A stretch of DNA of 6,858 nt from a virus. Taxonomy: Duplodnaviria > Heunggongvirae > Uroviricota > Caudoviricetes. The stretch lies in IMG/VR virus record IMGVR_UViG_2713896785_000014, one strand, 5' to 3'. Of the stretch, positions 1 through 5,364 are shown piece after piece. The notes under the pieces are model-generated. The model searched no databases and was not told where the DNA came from. It was given only the letters and a program-made list of their open reading frames with translations. Positions within the stretch are counted from its first letter, which is position 1. Each line of letters starts with the position of its first letter. Made by a program: the position numbers and the translations under genes.

Positions 1-254
1 GTGCGGGACGGACGCGGTGGGCGTTCGGAGTAAGGAAGCCTGACGGAGATTATCCAGTGACGATAATCGAGACTGAGGGCTTTCTTAACCTCGTATCCGC
101 GCCTGCGGTAATACTGAATCAGCCATTCAGCCTGTTCTTCGGTGCAGGGGTCGTGCTGATACCAGTCAGATTTGAATGCATGAGAACGCCGCCCGTGCCT
201 GCTGGCAGGGGCGGCAGAGTTATCCGAATTGTAAAATTTGGTATCGTGCGCCAT
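1..254 (-). CDS. hypothetical prophage protein, N-terminal part only (gene runs off the left edge of the window)
   Basis: Minus-strand ATG at 254..252 followed by an open frame to position 1 (84 codons: MAHDTKFYNSDNSAAPASRHGRRSHAFKSDWYQHDPCTEEQAEWLIQYYRRRGYEVKKALSLDYRHWIISVRLPYSERPP...). Composition is protein-like, whereas the listed plus-strand ORF 57..380 is Pro/Gly/Arg-rich and looks like its antisense shadow. Absent from the ORF track because no stop lies inside the window. Start codon uncertain; family not recognised. Confidence 0.4.
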   Translation of the reverse strand, partial: MAHDTKFYNSDNSAAPASRHGRRSHAFKSDWYQHDPCTEEQAEWLIQYYRRRGYEVKKALSLDYRHWIISVRLPYSERPPRPSR

Positions 255-321
255 CTGTTTTCTCTGCTGGCGCAGCAGGTGCCAGTTGTTCAGGCTGACG
301 GATGGATTGTAAACCAGAACG

Positions 322-353
322 ACCAGAAAAAACAAAACCCGCCGAAGCGGGTT
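322..353 (-). terminator. rho-independent terminator (minus-strand transcription)
   Basis: Minus-strand RNA reads AACCCGC-UUCG-GCGGGUU (7-bp GC-rich stem, UUCG loop; plus coords 336..353) followed directly by UUUUGUUUUUUCUGG (plus 322..335). Confidence 0.6.
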
Positions 354-451
354 AAGTGCGGGTGCGTTGAGGATGCCTGACACATCAGCGGTGGCGAGGG
401 ATTTCTCCCCCGCCTGGTCTCTTACTCCTCAGGTTCGTAAGCTGTGAAGAC

Positions 452-521
452 NNNNNNNNNNNNNNNNNNNNNNNNNNNNNNNNNNNNNNNNNNNNNNNNN
501 NNNNNNNNNNNNNNNNNNNNN
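452..521. other. run of 70 N (masked or unresolved sequence)
   Basis: Literal n characters in the sequence; content unknowable from this window. Confidence 0.95.
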
Positions 522-628
522 TGGCATGCCCGAGGCAGACAGCCTCAAGCACCCGCAGCAATTCTACTTAACTCTCGCTTTACAGCAAACCGTTTTGCCC
601 GATATGGGAATTCCCATACGGAATGAAT

Positions 629-733
629 TCAGTTCCCCAGGCGCTCCATCAAAAACACAACCAGGCAGTAAACACCCACAACAGCAATAACAGCCAGAGC
701 GCCTTCCATTACCAGTGAAATATCATCCGACAT
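629..733 (-). CDS. small hydrophobic peptide (34 aa, one predicted transmembrane helix)
   Basis: ATG 733..731, TGA 631..629; protein MSDDISLVMEGALAVIAVVGVYCLVVFLMERLGN. Shine-Dalgarno AAGGGAGGGAAT immediately before the ATG. Candidate minus-strand promoter: -35 TTGCTA (plus 813..818), 18-bp spacer, -10 TATATG (plus 789..794). Below the 60-aa cutoff of the ORF track. Confidence 0.4.
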   Translation of the reverse strand: MSDDISLVMEGALAVIAVVGVYCLVVFLMERLGN

Positions 734-842
734 ATTCCCTCCCTTGGTGTGAATCCCGGCGAACGTTTTTACCCCCACCGACAAATAACATATACTAGAA
801 AAGCAATAGCTATAGCAACGCCTGCAAATGCATCTGGCCGGC

Positions 843-1427
843 TCATTGGTTCTCCCCCTGTGTCGCTTCTACTGCGATCTGACTGGCGTATTCGTTAATG
901 GTAACGATAAGTTCTTGCTCGGCCTCATCCAGACAACTACCGATACCTCGCCTGTCCACTTCAGAAGCATCGAAATCTGCACGAAGCCTGGCGACCTTCA
1001 GGATTGCGGACAACACCTCATCAGGGATTGCCGGAGAGTTGGTTGACGTTTCCGAGATTATCCGAAAATTATTGGTTGACGAACCCTTATTTTCCCGAAA
1101 GTTTCCAGCCTGAAGCATGGCGGNNNNNNNNNNNNNNNNNNNNNNNNNNNNNNNNNNNNNNNNNNNNNNNNNNGCCATATCCCATGCCATGTATTCTCTA
1201 TCGCCATTTTTTGCTCTGCGGCGATCTACAGATTCCCCGAAACGCTTCTCCATAAATAATTCATAGGCTGCCCGTTCATCCGATACTGATGCCAGTGATG
1301 CCAGTGCAATTTTTAATGCGGTAAGCATGTTGTTTTGATCTTCATCGAGTCCGAACGGTATTTCATCCCGTGATGACTCAATTCCGGTAATCGTGTACTG
1401 TAGCCATTCTTTGGTTAATTCAGTCAT
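843..1427 (-). CDS. hypothetical protein; reading frame passes through the masked N-run 1124..1173
   Basis: ORF track 843..1427, ATG at 1427..1425 (MTELTKEWLQYTITGIESSRDEIPFGLDEDQNNMLTALKIALASLASVSDERAAYELFMEKRFGESVDRRRAKNGDREYMAWDM...). Both flanks of the gap look protein-like, but continuity across the 50 N cannot be verified, so this could be one gene or two. No conventional Shine-Dalgarno; the start overlaps the stop of a 28-codon upstream ORF (ATGA). Confidence 0.45.
   Translation of the reverse strand: MTELTKEWLQYTITGIESSRDEIPFGLDEDQNNMLTALKIALASLASVSDERAAYELFMEKRFGESVDRRRAKNGDREYMAWDMXXXXXXXXXXXXXXXXXXAMLQAGNFRENKGSSTNNFRIISETSTNSPAIPDEVLSAILKVARLRADFDASEVDRRGIGSCLDEAEQELIVTINEYASQIAVEATQGENQ
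1124..1173. other. run of 50 N (masked or unresolved sequence) inside an ORF
   Basis: Literal n characters; 50 is not a multiple of 3, so the frame relation across it is only nominal. Confidence 0.95.
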
Positions 1428-1553
1428 TTTTCACTACCGCCCTTTCGGGCGGTCTCCTGATGTTCTGAGGGTGCAGGAATCCCTCCGGTTAAGGATTTAA
1501 TAAAAATCATTTCTGATTTAAATTTTCAGTGTTTAGTTGTTGGTTTATAGCCT

Positions 1554-1865
1554 TTATGCTTCGGCCTTATTTCTCAGCCATACACAAACAGGACCATCTT
1601 CGGTGTCATGTATCGAACCGATAAACCATCCCTCACCTTCTGGTCGCTCAGGTTCCCATGCTGAAATATCAGGGCCATCTGCGTCCAGATTAAAATCATC
1701 TTCATCCATACTACGGATAGCCCACTGAAGATTATTTTTCTCCATCCAGGCGTTAAACTCTTCCGTTGAAATATATTCCCGACCATCACAGAATTTTTCA
1801 TATTCAGGATGCGTCCAGCAGCCATATTCATTACGTTCCACTGGCATTTCTTTAATTGCGCTCAT
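1554..1865 (-). CDS. hypothetical protein, 103 aa, acidic, Trp-rich
   Basis: ORF track; ATG 1865..1863 preceded by AAGGGGGGTAA; the ATG overlaps the TGA of the upstream gene (ATGA at 1865..1862); TAA at 1556..1554. Family not recognised. Confidence 0.6.
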   Translation of the reverse strand: MSAIKEMPVERNEYGCWTHPEYEKFCDGREYISTEEFNAWMEKNNLQWAIRSMDEDDFNLDADGPDISAWEPERPEGEGWFIGSIHDTEDGPVCVWLRNKAEA

Positions 1866-2050
1866 TTACCCCCCTTATTTAATTTTCTACGACACTTTTT
1901 ACAATCATCTGGACTTTCGAATGTATCCGGCTCACGCTCATTGCCAAAATACATCCACCCACCGCAAGTACTTGTTATTTCACCTTCAGCAAAATAATGA
2001 TGCTTTTTCGCCATAAGTGGCCTTGCCCAGCCCGGATTCGTTTTACTCAC
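1862..2050 (-). CDS. hypothetical small protein, 62 aa, with Cys cluster (possible zinc ribbon); GTG start
   Basis: ORF track; start codon at 2050..2048 is GTG, preceded by AAAGGAGGCAACAA (AGGAGG, 6-nt spacer); GTGA overlap with the upstream stop (2050..2047). Protein MSKTNPGWARPLMAKKHHYFAEGEITSTCGGWMYFGNEREPDTFESPDDCKKCRRKLNKGGK with C29 and a C-x2-C pair near a basic C-terminus. Confidence 0.5.
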   Translation of the reverse strand: MSKTNPGWARPLMAKKHHYFAEGEITSTCGGWMYFGNEREPDTFESPDDCKKCRRKLNKGGK

Positions 2051-2403
2051 TTGTTGCCTCCTTTGCGAAGCTCTGCGACTAACTCGTCACATATGTGCGT
2101 CAAAGAGCAAAGTTTGATTGCTGGATGTTCGCGCACCATCTCCACACCCTGCGCCCGCAATTCTGCCAGAAAAGCGTAGGGGTCAGTTTTTTCACTGTGG
2201 TACATGGCATCATAGATAATCATTGCAGCGACACCTGCCTGTCCTGCATCTGTGACGGATATATGCTCAAGGGCTACGGCCATTGCGTGTTTCAACCTCT
2301 CATTTTCCACCTCAAGCACCACACGATTAGCCTCCAGCTCTTCTATGCGTTTTTTTGCTGCTCCCAGCTCAACACGCAGCTCCTGATAGTTAATCTCGCT
2401 CAT
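2047..2403 (-). CDS. hypothetical protein, 118 aa, N-terminal coiled-coil-like segment
   Basis: ORF track; ATG 2403..2401 preceded by GGGAGGAAGGAGA; ATGA overlap with the upstream stop (2403..2400). N-terminus ELRVELGAAKKRIEELEANRVVLEVENERLKH has heptad-like E/L/K periodicity. Confidence 0.6.
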   Translation of the reverse strand: MSEINYQELRVELGAAKKRIEELEANRVVLEVENERLKHAMAVALEHISVTDAGQAGVAAMIIYDAMYHSEKTDPYAFLAELRAQGVEMVREHPAIKLCSLTHICDELVAELRKGGNK

Positions 2404-2624
2404 TCTCCTTCCTCCCGCACTGCTGTTTTATATGCCCGAAGCACATGCGATGTTTTTCCTGACACAGTGCTTCTCAGAAAGAAAATTCCACTGGTGTTTA
2501 TTACCAGATACGGGTCAGCAAGACGCAGCATATCCAGTATGTGATTATGTTTTCTTGTTTCCAGCACCGTACTGGAAATAAGCATATGTGACACGGGGCC
2601 GAAATCATGATATCTGATTTTCAT
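2400..2624 (-). CDS. hypothetical protein, 74 aa
   Basis: ORF track; ATG 2624..2622 preceded by CAGGGTGATGAT; 21-bp gap after the stop of the upstream gene (2648..2646). Family not recognised. Confidence 0.55.
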   Translation of the reverse strand: MKIRYHDFGPVSHMLISSTVLETRKHNHILDMLRLADPYLVINTSGIFFLRSTVSGKTSHVLRAYKTAVREEGE

Positions 2625-2645
2625 ATCATCACCCTGCTGTAAAAA

Positions 2646-3344
2646 TTACCCGTTATCTCCTGTCGTTATTTTCTGTATGACATCACGATGCTTATTAATT
2701 TCCCGCAGCGCGGCGCATAAGCGCTCCCACTTCTGAACCTGACCTTTTGCCCGGCGCAGCTCGCGGTTAGCCACATGCAGCGATGGTAAAATCAGACCAT
2801 CCGGATGCTTTCTGATGAACGACGACTGTGACTGCACTGTGACCGCCACACTTTCAGTTTTAATTTCTTCCTGTGTTTCCGCTTCCCGGACTGGTAACGC
2901 AACACCTGCCGGCTGAGGAAAGGCTTTACCATCGGTTTCCGTTACCGATGCAGCTTTCGGCTCTGCCGGTAAATTATCGCCCGGTATGCAGTAACGATAT
3001 TGACCGTCCTGATTTACGCGAATCAGACGACCTTTGCTGACAGCCATCGCCAGTGATGAATTCGCCCGGCGGGAGGTAATCCCGAACATTAACGCCAGTT
3101 CGTCAGCCGACTGAGGACCATGCTGTTCAATCGCGTTAATCAGCATCTCTGCAGTGGTTTTTGGGGCCGCTTCAGTTGCCTCACTCGTCAGCCACCACAT
3201 CGACCCCTTGTTATCAGCTTCGCCACGACGCTTCAGCTTCCAGAGTTCGGTAACAGCATCGTCACGGCTGATTTCAAGACGGGCTGCAATCTCGTGCGAC
3301 GAGGCTTTTTTCAGTGCTTTCAGTGCGTCAAAAACGGTTTCCAT
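2646..3344 (-). CDS. prophage protein with two winged-helix-like segments (possibly DUF1627-like)
   Basis: ORF track gives 2646..3410, but the ATG at 3344..3342 has a strong Shine-Dalgarno (CCGGGAGGAAAATTTA-ATG) and does not overlap the P-like gene, whereas the 3410 ATG has a poor one. Protein [43 protein letters not shown]... followed by a second similar helix-turn segment ([43 protein letters not shown]). The DUF1627 assignment is from memory only. Confidence 0.6.
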   Translation of the reverse strand: METVFDALKALKKASSHEIAARLEISRDDAVTELWKLKRRGEADNKGSMWWLTSEATEAAPKTTAEMLINAIEQHGPQSADELALMFGITSRRANSSLAMAVSKGRLIRVNQDGQYRYCIPGDNLPAEPKAASVTETDGKAFPQPAGVALPVREAETQEEIKTESVAVTVQSQSSFIRKHPDGLILPSLHVANRELRRAKGQVQKWERLCAALREINKHRDVIQKITTGDNG

Positions 3345-3378
3345 TAAATTTTCCTCCCGGTAAAAATTACTTCTCAAC

Positions 3379-4041
3379 TCAGACAAAACCGGCCGCCTTC
3401 CGGCGCTCATATTCCTGTTTCAGCAATTCAATTGGCGTTGGCCCTGGCGGGCGTTTGGGTGCTGCCAGTTGTCGCCGGACTGGCGGAACACTGAGGCCAT
3501 TACCAACATGCTTTGCCCATTTCGTCAGCTGCCTTTCCACAAGCCGTTTTAACTCCCCTTCGGTCATCTGGCGCTCAATCCCCTTTGAACGCATCTCGAG
3601 GCAAATGTGGTACAGCACCGGCTGTGGCCACGGGTATTTATCACTCCCGTCGTACCGCCAGGATTCATTCCTCCAGCGACGGTATTCCTCCATCACGGCA
3701 TCCACCGTCAGGCCAAATGGATTTGCCCCGCTCTCCGAAATCAACGCCACAAACTCAGCCAGATCCGGAGGCCACGTTTCACCCGCCCGGCAGCGGTCCA
3801 TGCACCGACGGCAGATCTGCCGGATTTGCTGTTCAGTCATCGCGCCAATCTGAGCAATCCAGAGTTTCGACGGCGCAGCCCCGTTCTTCTGAGTCCAGCG
3901 GTTCGAATACACCTCCCCCATAAGCTCCCACAGCTTCCAGGCCGTTTCCGTTGCTGATAAATCCGTTTTCACGTTCCCACTGTTCGCGTGCAGCCCGGAT
4001 TTCCTGAACTGCCCGTGATGCGGTGCCACCTGGTGCTGCAT
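3379..4041 (-). CDS. P: replication protein P-like (DnaB helicase loader)
   Basis: ORF track. By eye the protein aligns with lambda P as recalled: EFVALISES vs [29 protein letters not shown] vs ESYPWKSNAHYWLVTNLYQNM, and a basic C-terminal tail. Lies directly downstream of the initiator gene. The ATG at 4041 has the best Shine-Dalgarno (AAGGGGGTAAGCC-ATG) and gives a lambda-P-like length, but overlaps the initiator ORF by 209 nt; alternative starts are at 3921 and 3840. Confidence 0.7.
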   Translation of the reverse strand: MQHQVAPHHGQFRKSGLHANSGNVKTDLSATETAWKLWELMGEVYSNRWTQKNGAAPSKLWIAQIGAMTEQQIRQICRRCMDRCRAGETWPPDLAEFVALISESGANPFGLTVDAVMEEYRRWRNESWRYDGSDKYPWPQPVLYHICLEMRSKGIERQMTEGELKRLVERQLTKWAKHVGNGLSVPPVRRQLAAPKRPPGPTPIELLKQEYERRKAAGFV

Positions 4042-4870
4042 GGCTTACCCCCTTGCTGACTGGTTTTACCTGTGCCCTGACGTGCTGCACGTGGCGGGCA
4101 AATTTCTGCTCCCACTGAACCTGCGTGAAAACCTTCCCCTCCGCCATCCAGTAATCCCGGAATGCGGCAAGCTCAGCAGGTGTAAACTCAGGCTCAGGCA
4201 GAGCCATACCCCACACTGCTGCCCGCTGTCGAAAATCCGGCGACGGTTGCCAGACTCCAGTCATCGGAAATTTCCCGATCGGTTCGCTCAGGCCGTCCAG
4301 GTATTCAGGTTCGGCTGTCTGCAACGACGCGTCATTCAACTCACCGGTCGTAGCACTCTCGCGCATGCGCGCGTTATGTGTGGGGTTTAATTCTTTATCT
4401 GTATCTGTATCTGTCGTGATTTGTCGTGACATATGCGTGACGCGTCGTGACTCATCGTGACAATCAGTGTTCTGCTTCCGCAGTCTTTCCCGCTCCCGCT
4501 GCGCTCTCTTGCGCTCTGCCGGGGATTTTGCGGTTTGCGAAACATTACCGTTATCCTCCTTCATCACCTGGCGTTTTTCCCATCCGGAAATAAGATCACC
4601 ATCCAGAACTCGCCCCTGCATTGCATGCAAAATTGAATCAATCACGTCTTCCGTCACATCAAGCGCACTTGCTAAATCTTCCGTCGTGACATCAATGTGA
4701 CCACGTAGTGACACGCCGTGACATGTCGTGACATTTCGTGACGCACTCACCAGAAGGTGGATATACACCGCCATCACTGTTGCGATTGGCTGTCCTGAGA
4801 CCCTGGCAATGGTTCGCCATTTGGGATCATTTGGCATGTCATGCCACAATCTGAGCCAGGCATTAGCCAT
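3833..4870 (-). CDS. phage replication initiation protein (O-like; N-terminal DNA-binding domain, DnaT-like C-terminal region)
   Basis: ORF track gives 3833..4876 with a GTG start; the ATG at 4870..4868 is preceded by GAGGTGAGT and is preferred. The gene contains two internal direct-repeat (iteron) arrays and lies between the cII-position gene and the P-like gene. C-terminal half (WQPSPDFRQRAAVWGMALPEPEFTPAELAAFRDYWMAEGKVFTQVQWEQKFARHV) recalls DnaT / replisome-organiser domains; not lambda O sensu stricto. Confidence 0.7.
   Translation of the reverse strand: MANAWLRLWHDMPNDPKWRTIARVSGQPIATVMAVYIHLLVSASRNVTTCHGVSLRGHIDVTTEDLASALDVTEDVIDSILHAMQGRVLDGDLISGWEKRQVMKEDNGNVSQTAKSPAERKRAQRERERLRKQNTDCHDESRRVTHMSRQITTDTDTDKELNPTHNARMRESATTGELNDASLQTAEPEYLDGLSEPIGKFPMTGVWQPSPDFRQRAAVWGMALPEPEFTPAELAAFRDYWMAEGKVFTQVQWEQKFARHVQHVRAQVKPVSKGVSHAAPGGTASRAVQEIRAAREQWERENGFISNGNGLEAVGAYGGGVFEPLDSEERGCAVETLDCSDWRDD
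4397..4461. repeat. iteron array A: (ATCTGT)x3 then five direct CGTGA(C) repeats at 10-11 bp spacing; putative ori core
   Basis: CGTGA copies start at 4415, 4425, 4436, 4446, 4456; (ATCTGT)3 at 4397..4414; A+T-rich stretch 4384..4400 adjacent. Entirely inside the initiator ORF. Confidence 0.6.
4682..4742. repeat. iteron array B: six direct GTGAC repeats at 10-11 bp spacing
   Basis: GTGAC copies start at 4686, 4697, 4708, 4718, 4728, 4738, all in the same orientation as array A; inside the N-terminal coding part of the initiator gene. Confidence 0.55.
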
Positions 4871-4938
4871 ACTCACCTCATCTGATACCGAACTTTACCC
4901 TCGAACATCCGGAATAAATCCGGCATGAATATTGTTGG

Positions 4939-5364
4939 TCAATGCACGACAACAGCATTACCAGGCTGACCACCACTGTTAGTCAGGGTGCCCCAGGCGA
5001 TCGCCGCTGCGACAAAATCATCCACATCTTTCACCAGCCGATCCCTCCGTTCGACGATCTCACGGTAATATTCAGAGCTGTGACTGCGCATACGGGCCAC
5101 CAGCAGAGGCGGCATTGCCTTTTCGATCGCCGGTAACAGAGCCTGAATTTTTTCAACAGCATCAGGGGTGTCTTTATCCAGCCAACGGAAAATTTTCTGG
5201 GTATTACGAGCCAGGGCTTCCGGATGGCTGTCGTCGTACAGTTCCGGGAACGTCATCCCCAGCTCGAAATAAGTCCGGGCTATTTCAGCTGCAGGAACTT
5301 TCTCACCGTCCGGATAGGCCCAGGCATTGATCGCCATGCGGATGTGCTCATGTTTGATTTTCAT
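4939..5364 (-). CDS. ydaT: YdaT-like protein (occupies the cII position; DNA-binding regulator or toxic factor)
   Basis: ORF track; ATG 5364..5362 preceded by AAGGAAAGGGGGATTC; ATGA overlap with the stop of the Cro/YdaS-like gene. N-terminus MKIKHEHI... and ~140-aa size match my recollection of the YdaT family of Rac/CP-933P prophages. Assignment is from memory, not a search. Confidence 0.55.
   Translation of the reverse strand: MKIKHEHIRMAINAWAYPDGEKVPAAEIARTYFELGMTFPELYDDSHPEALARNTQKIFRWLDKDTPDAVEKIQALLPAIEKAMPPLLVARMRSHSSEYYREIVERRDRLVKDVDDFVAAAIAWGTLTNSGGQPGNAVVVH

Noticed and set aside
220-229. DnaA-box-like TTATCCGAA (also near 1058..1066)
   Set aside because: Only a partial match to TTATCCACA, isolated single copies inside coding sequence; consistent with chance.
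57-380. Plus-strand ORF of 107 aa (GTG start)
   Set aside because: Pro/Gly/Arg/Val-rich and low-complexity, no ribosome-binding site, and it runs through the minus-strand terminator; judged the antisense shadow of the minus-strand gene starting at 254.
444-626. Plus-strand ORF of 60 aa spanning the N-run
   Set aside because: Most of it is translated from masked N; there is no real sequence evidence.
803-818. Lambda CII-type direct repeat (TTGC-N6-TTGC) search
   Set aside because: Only TTGC-N8-TTGC was found here, overlapping the proposed -35 of the small peptide promoter; wrong spacing and wrong location for a pRE-like site, and the regulator in this prophage appears to be YdaT-type anyway.
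828-1255. Plus-strand ORFs 828..1046, 898..1113 and 1004..1255
   Set aside because: All lie antisense to the better-supported minus-strand 194-codon ORF, have no ribosome-binding sites, and one spans the N-run.
1537-2179. Plus-strand ORFs 1537..1728, 1809..1997, 1997..2179 and the minus-strand alternative frame 1574..1831
   Set aside because: They overlap the coupled minus-strand gene chain in other frames, have Ser/Pro/His-rich odd composition and no ribosome-binding sites.
2095-2544. Plus-strand ORF of 149 aa
   Set aside because: Antisense to the 118- and 74-codon genes; Cys/His/Phe-rich shadow-frame composition and no ribosome-binding site.
3345-3410. Longest-ORF starts for three genes (ATG 3410 for the DUF1627-like gene, GTG 4876 for the initiator, TTG 5671 for cI)
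   Set aside because: Each has a nearby internal ATG with a much better Shine-Dalgarno and spacing (3344, 4870, 5686); the longest starts would also create overlaps or lack a ribosome-binding site.
3120-3957. Plus-strand ORFs 3120..3347, 3154..3363, 3314..3853, 3513..3923 and 3607..3957
   Set aside because: Antisense to the DUF1627-like and P-like genes; Pro/Arg/Ser-rich, mutually overlapping and unsupported by ribosome-binding sites.
4397-4742. Possibility that the short direct repeats are a CRISPR array
   Set aside because: Repeat unit is only ~6-8 bp at a 10-11 bp period, there are no spacers of CRISPR size, and the repeats sit inside an intact coding frame; this fits origin iterons, not CRISPR.
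4040-4928. Plus-strand ORFs 4040..4390, 4467..4700 and 4728..4928
   Set aside because: Antisense to the initiator gene; typical GC-skewed shadow ORFs.
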